This document shows positions 39,806 to 47,876 of a stretch of DNA of 64,000 bases, in pieces. The notes beneath the pieces are model-generated. The model saw nothing but the letters and a program-made list of their open reading frames with translations, did no database searches and was not told the origin of the DNA. Numbering within the stretch: position 1 is the first letter of the stretch; each line of letters starts with the position of its first letter. A program made the translations under genes and the position numbers. The stretch is from an uncultured Mycoplasmatota bacterium (lineage in GTDB: Bacteria > Bacillota_I > Bacilli_A > RF39 > UBA660), in NCBI GenBank assembly GCA_946500695.1, contig CAMMWS010000002.1:1607-65606 (forward strand). Direction: 5' to 3'.

Positions 39806-40624
39806 TTATGATTTTAAAGTATTAGCAATATCTACAAAGATTTTATAATCTATTGCTTCAGCCCTGACATTTAAATCATAACCATATTTAGAAAGAACAG
39901 ACTCTATTTTTTTTAAATCATATTTTTTCAAGTTATTACGTAAAGTTTTTCTCTTAAACTGAAAAGAGTCATGAACAAGTTCAATAAAAAAATCTAAATT
40001 ATTTAACTTTTCTTTATTTTCCTTTTTAGTAAAAGAAACAACAACACTATCTACATTAGGCCTAGGATGAAACTGATTACGATCAACAATAAACTCTTTT
40101 TTTATCAAAAAAAAGTAATTTAAAATAACTGTAAGAGCATTATATTCTTTTTTAGAAACACTACTACAAAACCTATCACCAACTTCTTTTTGAACCATCA
40201 TTACTATCTTTTCAAAAGGCAAATTACTAGAAATTAATTTAAATAAAATCGGTGTTGTTATATAATAGGGAACATTACTAACAAAATAAAGATTACCATA
40301 ATTAAAACTATTTATATCATCATTTAAATTAGCTTTTAAAAAATCAGAAAATAATAGCTTTATATTATCAAAATCTTTAAATCTAAGTGAAAGAATATCC
40401 TCTAAACTAGTATCAATTTCATAAGCTAGTATTTTACTATCTTTATAAATATCTGCAAGAACCACAGTTAAATTGCCACTTCCGGGACCAACTTCAATAA
40501 TTAAAGAATTAGGTTTAACATCTGCTACAACAGCTATTTTCTTTATAATTGCTTTATTAGTCAAAAAATTCTGTCCAAACTTCTTCTTAAATTTAAAATC
40601 ATCCATCATACCACTTTCTTTCAT
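39806..40624 (-). CDS. rsmA: 16S rRNA (adenine1518/1519-N6)-dimethyltransferase
   Basis: KKFGQNFL, EVGPGSGNLT and SNVPYYITTPI motifs. The true start is probably one of the two internal ATGs at 40604-40609. Confidence 0.93.
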   Translation of the reverse strand: MKESGMMDDFKFKKKFGQNFLTNKAIIKKIAVVADVKPNSLIIEVGPGSGNLTVVLADIYKDSKILAYEIDTSLEDILSLRFKDFDNIKLLFSDFLKANLNDDINSFNYGNLYFVSNVPYYITTPILFKLISSNLPFEKIVMMVQKEVGDRFCSSVSKKEYNALTVILNYFFLIKKEFIVDRNQFHPRPNVDSVVVSFTKKENKEKLNNLDFFIELVHDSFQFKRKTLRNNLKKYDLKKIESVLSKYGYDLNVRAEAIDYKIFVDIANTLKS

Positions 40625-40669
40625 ATTACAAATTATATTAACAGATTAAATAAATGTAAAGAAAAAAGT

Positions 40670-41128
40670 CTAAGCTTTCTTTTTATCATTAGACTTTTCT
40701 CCTATTTTTTTATCTTTCTCTCTAAACATAAATAAAATATCTGCAATTATCAAACCATATAACATTATCTTTATATAAGGTAAGAAATTATCAAAGAAAT
40801 TAAAATCTATACCATATCCATATTTAGCATTTAAAACCATATTAGTATCAAAAATTGCTCTACAACCTACAAGAATAATGGTAATAAACACTAAACAACA
40901 AGTTAAATTATAAAACAAATTTTTAGAAATTCCCACTTGCTTTAAAATCATATTAACGATAAATAAAACTAATAAAATTGTAAAGGGAATAAATTGTGGT
41001 ATAACACTCGTCATATCTTTTTCTAATCGTATATTCATTCTAATTAATATAAATAAAGTTAATCCAAAAGCTCCAATTAAAAGAAGAAACTTAAGACCAT
41101 AAAATAAACCATTAAATATTCTTTTCAT
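40670..41128 (-). CDS. Uncharacterised 4-TM membrane protein, last gene of the sipW operon
   Basis: 152 aa with four hydrophobic segments and a lysine-rich C-terminus. Its start is 1 nt after the stop of the upstream gene. Confidence 0.5.
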   Translation of the reverse strand: MKRIFNGLFYGLKFLLLIGAFGLTLFILIRMNIRLEKDMTSVIPQFIPFTILLVLFIVNMILKQVGISKNLFYNLTCCLVFITIILVGCRAIFDTNMVLNAKYGYGIDFNFFDNFLPYIKIMLYGLIIADILFMFREKDKKIGEKSNDKKKA

Positions 41129-41129
41129 C

Positions 41130-41819
41130 TTAACCTCCTACCACTACACTTCTAAACCAATTTGATACTTCTACAAGTAAGTCTAATGAATTAGAATAAC
41201 TATTCATTGTATCAGAATAACTATCACTAACTAAATTAAAAAAGTTATTCTTATTGGCTTGCGTAGTAAAATAATAATGATCTGAATTTTCAAGATTACT
41301 TTGAACATAATCAGTAGAAGATAATAAATTATCAACATTCATATCAATATATGGCTTCACCAAATTAAAATTAGGTAACATTGCAACTGTATCAGTATTA
41401 AACATAGATTTTACTTGCATAACTAAACAACCATTAAGTATTTCATTTTTATAATCAACAACAAAATTGTAACTATCATTAATACCAATCTCATCAAGAT
41501 TTAAATAATGCATCATTGTATCACCTTCAATAATATCAAGACAAGACTGCAATTTAGCTTGCGCTGTATTAAGGCCATAAACATTCAAAGACCCCGTATA
41601 AGTAGATTGATTATAAACATTTATATTATTTCTAATTATTTCTATTTTATTTTCTATACTAGCTTTACTAGTATCATTATAAGAACTAACATCAACAACT
41701 TGAGATAATTCTTGTGCATGATAGAAATTTATAAAAAGCAAGAAAAAAGCTAATCCAAAAATTAATCCCGTAAACGTATAAGCAAACATATTAACATATT
41801 CTAATAATATTTTTTTCAT
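41130..41819 (-). CDS. Uncharacterised single-pass membrane protein with a ~190-aa extracytoplasmic domain
   Basis: N-terminal TM FAYTFTGLIFGLAFFLLFINFY, then an Asn/Ser-rich domain. Its start overlaps the upstream stop by 4 nt. Confidence 0.5.
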   Translation of the reverse strand: MKKILLEYVNMFAYTFTGLIFGLAFFLLFINFYHAQELSQVVDVSSYNDTSKASIENKIEIIRNNINVYNQSTYTGSLNVYGLNTAQAKLQSCLDIIEGDTMMHYLNLDEIGINDSYNFVVDYKNEILNGCLVMQVKSMFNTDTVAMLPNFNLVKPYIDMNVDNLLSSTDYVQSNLENSDHYYFTTQANKNNFFNLVSDSYSDTMNSYSNSLDLLVEVSNWFRSVVVGG

Positions 41820-42361
41820 AAATCTTCCTCCATTTGTACATTAATATTAAAATGATAATATTTATTCTGCCAATCAGTATTAGCCGAAGACTCTGCTACA
41901 TAAATACGTAATTGATAATTATTAGTATGGCCAGATAAAATATTTCTAGTATCTAAAACATTATTTTTAATATCGCTTAAATCTCCACTTTTAATAACAG
42001 TACCATTTAAAGATAATTGATAACGTAATTGATTCCTAGAAAGCAATTCTTTACTACTATAAGAAACATCATCACTAATAATAGCATCTTCCAACAAGAC
42101 ATTATAAATAGTAGAGTTTTCACCATTATTCACAACTGTAAATTCATAAGGTGTTAATCTTTTAGCAGTTTCATCATCCAAAGGAATCAAACCACTCTCA
42201 TCAATTACATTATTGCTATTGCTTAATTGAACATTAATATTACCTGTAGTATTACTAGTACCAGTACTATTGTAAAAAAATTTATACCACAACATAGAAG
42301 TTCCAAAAATAAAAGCAAATAAAGCAACACCAGCTAAAACTAATAAAATTACTTTTTTCAT
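41816..42361 (-). CDS. Divergent fifth TasA/camelysin-like paralogue with a different N-terminal anchor
   Basis: Shares TGNINV (cf. TGTISM), LIPLDDETAKRLTPYEFTVVNNGENS (cf. AVPMDDTTGKAL..FDFTVSA), YQLRIYVAES (cf. YRLRMWVASD) and YHFNINVQ (cf. YTLRVNVYG) with the four upstream paralogues. N-terminus is LAGVALFAFIFGTS, not xFAAFxF. Overlaps the sipW stop by 4 nt. Confidence 0.55.
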   Translation of the reverse strand: MKKVILLVLAGVALFAFIFGTSMLWYKFFYNSTGTSNTTGNINVQLSNSNNVIDESGLIPLDDETAKRLTPYEFTVVNNGENSTIYNVLLEDAIISDDVSYSSKELLSRNQLRYQLSLNGTVIKSGDLSDIKNNVLDTRNILSGHTNNYQLRIYVAESSANTDWQNKYYHFNINVQMEEDL

Positions 42362-43035
42362 TTTTTAAACCTTCCTCTCTTTTCTTTCTTAAAATTATTA
42401 TCTATTTCCTTACTCTTATCTTTACCATTAGAAGATTTAATAGTTTTAACTAATTTATATATATCATAACCAATAATCATAACAGCAGGTACAATAATAA
42501 TTGCAACCCATCCTAATACAGAACTAAGATAATATTGAATATAACCAATTTTAGGAATTCTAAATAATACTCTACCATATATTTCATTAAAACTTATTCT
42601 CGAAGAATCTTGCGTATTATTATTATCTCCCTTAGTAGTAAACAAATATTCCCCACTACTTGTTTTTTCTATATCTACAATCCTATGAGTAACAAGAACT
42701 CCAGAATATCTATAATCTGTAGAATTAAAAGTTACTATATCTTCCTTTTCAATTTCTTCGGGATTATCTACTCTCATCGTAACAACAACATCTAATACAT
42801 TAATAGTTGGAACCATAGATGGACTAACTATTGTATAAGCAGAAAACAAATCTTTTTTATTATTACCAGACTTCAAATTATATTGCTTATCAATAAAATT
42901 AACTACAAATACTAAGAAAACAATAATCATTATTAAACAAATAGAATACATCAATACTGTTGCAATAAAATGAAATACTTTTCTTAAAGTAGTCAACCAT
43001 TGCTTAACTTTTTCTTTTTTCAAGCTATCACCCAC
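42358..43035 (-). CDS. sipW: Signal peptidase I, archaeal/ER type (SipW-like, S26B)
   Basis: VSPSMVPT (catalytic Ser box), VTHRIV (His instead of the bacterial Lys box), KGDNN, plus N- and C-terminal TMs. Start codon uncertain (GTG 43033-43035). Confidence 0.8.
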   Translation of the reverse strand: MGDSLKKEKVKQWLTTLRKVFHFIATVLMYSICLIMIIVFLVFVVNFIDKQYNLKSGNNKKDLFSAYTIVSPSMVPTINVLDVVVTMRVDNPEEIEKEDIVTFNSTDYRYSGVLVTHRIVDIEKTSSGEYLFTTKGDNNNTQDSSRISFNEIYGRVLFRIPKIGYIQYYLSSVLGWVAIIIVPAVMIIGYDIYKLVKTIKSSNGKDKSKEIDNNFKKEKRGRFKK

Positions 43036-43241
43036 TTATTATTCTTACTATATAAAATCACAAATGAACAAAGGAACAAAACTAACTTTGTCCTTCCAAA
43101 TAATTGCTTTTCAAATTTCCCTTGTTATAAACAGATGGCTAACTCTATCTACAACTACATTCTATCAAAAGAATAGATATATTTCTATACTTTTAAAATA
43201 ACTTTACAAGACATGTAAACAAAGGAAATAAAGAAACAACT

Positions 43242-43877
43242 TTATTCATCTAAATCAACCTTCGCCTTAATAGATACCTTGACTCCAAAAGTTTTTTCTA
43301 ATTCACCAACCTCTGTATTTTCATCTACCCACATTCTTAAACGATATTTAATAACAGCACTCTTATTTAACGAATCACTATCTAGTAACATACTTCCTGC
43401 CATAGTACCTAAATCAGTACTTTCAGTAAGTGGTGTAAAATGCTTAGGAGCCATGACCTCTTCATATTTATTATTATTCATTTTCTCTAAATACAATTTA
43501 ACTTCATCATTATTAAGTGTAGAATTTTCAAGCTTCTCAGCAGCAATTTCATAATTAGTAACAACATCTCCTGTAATATTTGCTTCAACAGTAAAATCAA
43601 AATATTGGTTTTCATCTGTCAAGATTTTACCAGCCTCATCATTCATAGGATAAGCATTAGTTATGTTGATACCATTTGTATTTTCTGTATAATCTAAATA
43701 AATATTACCTGTACTTATAGTATTAAAATTACTACCATTTTCTTTAGTATAAGTAAAAGTTGCCATGGATATACCTATTACCATAACAATAAATATAAAC
43801 AAACAAACAATAATAATAAATAACTTATTGTTTGACTCTTTCTTTATAGATTCATCTTCATAATTATTATTATCCAT
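43242..43877 (-). CDS. TasA/camelysin-like secreted protein with SipW-type signal peptide (paralogue 4)
   Basis: Start at ATG 43875-43877 after AGAGGGTG. Signal region ends GISMATFTYT, then STGNIYLDY, NGINITNAYPMNDEAG, YFDFTV and YRLRMWV. Confidence 0.65.
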   Translation of the reverse strand: MDNNNYEDESIKKESNNKLFIIIVCLFIFIVMVIGISMATFTYTKENGSNFNTISTGNIYLDYTENTNGINITNAYPMNDEAGKILTDENQYFDFTVEANITGDVVTNYEIAAEKLENSTLNNDEVKLYLEKMNNNKYEEVMAPKHFTPLTESTDLGTMAGSMLLDSDSLNKSAVIKYRLRMWVDENTEVGELEKTFGVKVSIKAKVDLDE

Positions 43878-43961
43878 AATAACACCCTCTATCTTAAAGT
43901 AATTGTACCACACTAATTTTTTTAGGTAAAGAAAAAGTGTAGTTTATCTACACCATTACAC

Positions 43962-44573
43962 TTAAACTGACATATTACCATAGACATTTATTCTCAACGC
44001 ATAAGACATACTTTCTTCTTCAGGAAGAACATAATCTGATGCAACCCACATTCTTAAACGATAACTACGACTTCCAGTTTCCGTAAAATTATCTTGTAAA
44101 ATTATATACTGATTATCAGGAACATAAGAAATGTTATTAGTTGATTTCAAATTGGAAATTTTTGTAGGAGCTACAACTTGACTTTCTCTATTACCATCGA
44201 TACTAGTTAAATAAACCTTTACTCCTTCATCTGGTAGAGTACTATTATCTTGAACTTTAACACCAGCGACTACATAATCAACAATAGTATTTCCACTCAT
44301 AGAAGCACTTACAGTAAAATCAAAATATTGGTTAGTACCAGAAAGTGCCATACCAACAGCATCTGTAGTAGGAAACGCGTCAAATAAATTAATACCATTG
44401 TTATTTTCACTATAACTCATTGTAATAGTACCTGTTAATACTTTATTAATTTCTTCACCATTTTTAGAATAATAAAAAGCTGCATAACTAACCGCTAATA
44501 CTGCAATTAACAATATAATAATAGCAACTATTGTTAATAAAACCGATTTAGATTTATTTTTGCAATTACTCAT
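43962..44573 (-). CDS. TasA/camelysin-like secreted protein with SipW-type signal peptide (paralogue 3)
   Basis: GGAGG 7 nt upstream. AVSYAAFYYS, LTGTITMSYSE, NGINLFDAFP, YFDFTVSA, YRLRMWVASDY and LRINVYG. Confidence 0.65.
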   Translation of the reverse strand: MSNCKNKSKSVLLTIVAIIILLIAVLAVSYAAFYYSKNGEEINKVLTGTITMSYSENNNGINLFDAFPTTDAVGMALSGTNQYFDFTVSASMSGNTIVDYVVAGVKVQDNSTLPDEGVKVYLTSIDGNRESQVVAPTKISNLKSTNNISYVPDNQYIILQDNFTETGSRSYRLRMWVASDYVLPEEESMSYALRINVYGNMSV

Positions 44574-44612
44574 ATCTTAGCCTCCACATTTATAATAAAA
44601 TATAAAATAAAA

Positions 44613-45224
44613 CTATTGAGCAGCAGCTGCTCCATACACATTAACTTTTAAAGAATACATCCCCGAATCAGTAAGAGTACTAAAGTCATCAGCGACCCAC
44701 ATTCTTAAACGATATGAATGTTTAATAGAGCTAGTAAGAATACCTGTAGAAAGAATAAATTCACCACTAGGAGCTTGATAATTTTCAGACCCGGTCGTTA
44801 CATCTAACTCAGATATTTTAGTTGGTGCTAATATCTCACTATCAGCACTATTATCCATATTAGTTAAATATACTTTAATTGCTGAATCATCAACAGTAGA
44901 GCTTCCTTTAACAGCAGTAATAGCATAATTAATAGTAGTAGAACCACTACCATTAATTGTAGTATCAATTGTAAAATCAAAAACATTATTAGTACCAGAT
45001 AATGACCTACCTTGTTCATCTGACATAGGTAAAGCGTTGACTAAATTAATACCGTTTTCAGGTTCACTATAAGTCATATTAATAGTACCAGTTGTAATTG
45101 TATTATTAACTTCACCAGACTGACTAAAGTTAAATGCTGCAAACGAAACACCTATAACAACTAAAACTAAGATAAATACGCCTAAAGATGATAATAACAC
45201 TTCTTTAGAATTATTCTCCATCAT
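44613..45224 (-). CDS. TasA/camelysin-like secreted protein with SipW-type signal peptide (paralogue 2)
   Basis: GVSFAAFNFSQSG, TTGTINMTYSEPENGINL, FDFTIDT, GSGSTTINYAITAV, YRLRMWVADD, VNVYGAAAAQ. Own GGAGG RBS and a TTGATA-18-TATATT promoter-like sequence. Confidence 0.65.
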   Translation of the reverse strand: MMENNSKEVLLSSLGVFILVLVVIGVSFAAFNFSQSGEVNNTITTGTINMTYSEPENGINLVNALPMSDEQGRSLSGTNNVFDFTIDTTINGSGSTTINYAITAVKGSSTVDDSAIKVYLTNMDNSADSEILAPTKISELDVTTGSENYQAPSGEFILSTGILTSSIKHSYRLRMWVADDFSTLTDSGMYSLKVNVYGAAAAQ

Positions 45225-45279
45225 TACTAACCTCCTATACTACAACAAATATACCATAGAAAAGAGTTTAATATCAACA

Positions 45280-45321
45280 TTTTTTCAAAAAAAGAAAAAA
45301 GTGCCAGAGATTAGACACTTT
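45280..45321. repeat. About 42-nt repeat (copy 1) just 3' of paralogue 1
   Basis: ttttttcaaaaaaagaaaaaagtgccagagattagacacttt, similar to 46056-46098. On the minus strand it reads as a weak hairpin plus T-runs. Confidence 0.7.
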
Positions 45322-45339
45322 TTAAAATTAATCATACTA

Positions 45340-45996
45340 CTATTGAGCAGCAGCAGCACCATATACATTAACTCTTAATGTATAAGTTTGACCACCTGGA
45401 GCTTCTTGTACGCCTTCACCATCTGGATCAACATTTTGTTGATCAATAGGATAATCAGAAGCAACCCACATTCTTAACTTATACTGATTAGATTGAGTAT
45501 TTTTAAATGTACCAGACTCAAGTATAAATTGACCATCTGGAGCACCTGAAGCATCTGATGAAGTTTTTGTTAAAGCAGAAACTTTTTTAGCTCCTCCTGT
45601 AAAATTAGTAGTAGCTGTATCAGATGAATTAGTCAAATAAACTTTTACATATTCATCTGTTAAAACTTCATCTGGTGTAGTAACAGCAGTAATAGCATAA
45701 TTAATAGTAGTAGAACCACTACCATCAATTGTAGCACTTACAGTAAAGTCAAAAGTATTACCAGCACCACTTAAAGCTTTACCTGTAGTATCATCCATTG
45801 GCACAGCATCAGTTAAAGTAATACCATTTTCTGGTTCGCTATAACTCATACTAATAGTACCAGTAGTAATTACATTTTCTTTAACACCAGTTTGACTAAA
45901 TGTAAAAGCTGCAAATGAAACTCCTACTACAGCTACAACTAAAATTGCTACTCCTAATACAGATAATAACACCTGCTTAGAATTATTATCTTTCAC
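45340..45996 (-). CDS. TasA/camelysin-like secreted protein with SipW-type signal peptide (paralogue 1)
   Basis: GTG start with GGAGG upstream. GVSFAAFTFSQTG, TTGTISMSYSEPENGITL, FDFTVSA, GSGSTTINYAITAV, YKLRMWVASDY, VNVYGAAAAQ. Confidence 0.65.
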   Translation of the reverse strand: MKDNNSKQVLLSVLGVAILVVAVVGVSFAAFTFSQTGVKENVITTGTISMSYSEPENGITLTDAVPMDDTTGKALSGAGNTFDFTVSATIDGSGSTTINYAITAVTTPDEVLTDEYVKVYLTNSSDTATTNFTGGAKKVSALTKTSSDASGAPDGQFILESGTFKNTQSNQYKLRMWVASDYPIDQQNVDPDGEGVQEAPGGQTYTLRVNVYGAAAAQ

Positions 45997-46055
45997 CTTG
46001 TATCTAACCTCCTTCTATGATAACTATAGCATAGTTCTAATTATTAAAGCAACTA

Positions 46056-46098
46056 TTTTTTCAAAAAAAAGAAAAAAGCATCTTAAATTAGACACTTT
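46056..46098. repeat. About 43-nt repeat (copy 2) just 3' of the 3D-domain gene
   Basis: ttttttcaaaaaaaagaaaaaagcatcttaaattagacacttt; see 45280-45321. Confidence 0.7.
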
Positions 46099-46099
46099 A

Positions 46100-46693
46100 T
46101 TACCATCCATACCTAATAATTTCAAATTTAATATTATTGCTGGTTGCAAATCCCTCTAAATTAGACTGACTAGTAAATAACAAATCCATATGATTACCAG
46201 TAACTGAACCTCCTCTATCCATTACAATAGCAAGAATAGGTTCAATATAAATATTAATACCACTTATTCTAACAATACTTCCACAAGGAATAGATCTATC
46301 AGCAGCTACTACTCTAACCGTACCATAAACTTGATCTTCAAAATAAATATTACCATTTTGAAAATTCTGTCTAGGAGGGCAGGCACTATTACCAGTACAT
46401 CCAGGGCAATCAGGGCCATATGCCGTTAACGTCCCCATAAAAGCTACAGGACTACTACTAGCAACAGAAATAGCATCATAAAAACTATCATAAAGTACTG
46501 GTTCAGTTAACTTTTCTGCTTCTTTAATAGAGTTATATTTATTAACAATATGAACAGCTTGAAGACTCTTTACACTATTTATATTAGAAGTCATCACTGT
46601 TTTTTTACTATTACCTGATAATATAACAAAAGCTAAAATGAAAATAAAACCAATAAATCCAAAATACTTTAAAAACTTTCTTCCCATTGACAA
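46100..46693 (-). CDS. 3D-domain (RlpA-like double-psi beta-barrel) protein, YabE-like position
   Basis: N-terminal TM. C-terminal RVVAADRSIPCGSIVRI...VMDRGGSVTGNHMDLLF carries the three-Asp 3D motif. Sits after tatD as yabE does in Bacillus but lacks the G5/DUF348 region. Confidence 0.6.
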   Translation of the reverse strand: MSMGRKFLKYFGFIGFIFILAFVILSGNSKKTVMTSNINSVKSLQAVHIVNKYNSIKEAEKLTEPVLYDSFYDAISVASSSPVAFMGTLTAYGPDCPGCTGNSACPPRQNFQNGNIYFEDQVYGTVRVVAADRSIPCGSIVRISGINIYIEPILAIVMDRGGSVTGNHMDLLFTSQSNLEGFATSNNIKFEIIRYGW

Positions 46694-46728
46694 TACCTCA
46701 TCTTCTATTAAAAACTATACTAGCATTA

Positions 46729-47484
46729 TTATTTGGTAAAGTCAAACAAACTAGAAGCATTCTTACTGGTAATTTTTGCTATTTCTTCCACACTTATATT
46801 TTTTAAAGAAGAAATAAAAAGAGCAATATACTTTAAATATTTAGAAGAATTAACCTTTCCTCTATATGGAACAGGAGTAAGATAAGGACTATCAGTTTCT
46901 AAAACTATTTTCTCTAAAGAAATTTCTCTAACAACATCTTTCAACTTAGAATTTTTAAAAGTTACAACACCACCTATCCCTAATAAAAATCCCATACTTA
47001 TATAAATCTTAGCAGTTTCTAAACTACCACTAAAACAATGTATAATACCCTTAACCTTATATTTCTTTAAAATATTAATTGTATCTTGTGTCGCATCTCT
47101 AGAATGAATCACAACTGGTAAAGAAAAGGACTCAGCAATTTTTAATTGTTCTTCAAATAGCCACAACTGTTTCTCTTTATTTTCCTTACCATAATGATAA
47201 TCAAGCCCTATTTCCCCAATACCAACCACTTTTTTTCCTACAAGCAAGCTTTTTAAATAATCAATATCATCTAAAGTAGTAATATCAGCATATTCTGGAT
47301 GATACCCTATTGTAACATAAACCATATCATACTTTTCTTTTAACATCATTACTTCATTAATACTATCCCTACTACAACCAGACACAATAATTTTATCAAC
47401 TAAAGCTTTTTTATTTTCCTCTATAACATTATCTATATCATCATAATCTTCAATACTCAAATGACAATGTGTATCTATATACAT
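46729..47484 (-). CDS. tatD: TatD-family metal-dependent DNase/hydrolase (YabD)
   Basis: YIDTHCHL opening, GEIGLDY, VVIHSRDA, HCFSG and ETDSPYL motifs. Confidence 0.93.
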   Translation of the reverse strand: MYIDTHCHLSIEDYDDIDNVIEENKKALVDKIIVSGCSRDSINEVMMLKEKYDMVYVTIGYHPEYADITTLDDIDYLKSLLVGKKVVGIGEIGLDYHYGKENKEKQLWLFEEQLKIAESFSLPVVIHSRDATQDTINILKKYKVKGIIHCFSGSLETAKIYISMGFLLGIGGVVTFKNSKLKDVVREISLEKIVLETDSPYLTPVPYRGKVNSSKYLKYIALFISSLKNISVEEIAKITSKNASSLFDFTK

Positions 47485-47540
47485 CCAATCACCTCTAAAA
47501 AGATTATATCAAAAAAGAAATCTAATAAACAGATATATCT

Positions 47541-47717
47541 CTATTTAAAAGATTTCTTTTTTCTTCGACATAAAAACAATCTTATTAAATAAAATGTTAC
47601 TAAAACTAAATAAACAATATCTAATAAATTATGTCCTAAAATAACCATTAAAAATAAAACCGCATAAAGAACTAAAAATACAATTACTTCAATATCTAAC
47701 TTTCGTCTTTTAGTCAT
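47541..47717 (-). CDS. Unannotated 58-aa small membrane protein
   Basis: My translation: MTKRRKLDIEVIVFLVLYAVLFLMVILGHNLLDIVYLVLVTFYLIRLFLCRRKKKSFK*. Weak AAAGGA RBS. Below the ORF-track cutoff. Confidence 0.35.
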   Translation of the reverse strand: MTKRRKLDIEVIVFLVLYAVLFLMVILGHNLLDIVYLVLVTFYLIRLFLCRRKKKSFK

Positions 47718-47785
47718 AACTCTATCCTTTCTTACGACTTAAATACTACTTGTTACTACGACAACTACCCTTCAACTATAACATA

Positions 47786-47818
47786 AAATGAGATAACTCT
47801 TAAGAAATTATCTCATTT
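47786..47818 (-). terminator. Rho-independent terminator after metG
   Basis: Perfect 11-bp stem aaatgagataa (47786-47796) / ttatctcattt (47808-47818). Confidence 0.65.
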
Positions 47819-47876
47819 ATTTTCATGTTTACAGCATATTTTACAATCTTTAAAGTCACAATATTCTTGACTGAAT

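Noticed and set aside
43962-45996. Type IV pilin/pseudopilin or sortase-dependent pilin interpretation of the paralogues
   Set aside because: There is no prepilin-peptidase motif (G/FTLxE) after the basic N-terminus and no LPxTG sorting signal at the C-terminus. No pilB/pilC/pilD or sortase genes are present. The adjacent peptidase is the SipW type, and the cleavage-site context matches TasA.
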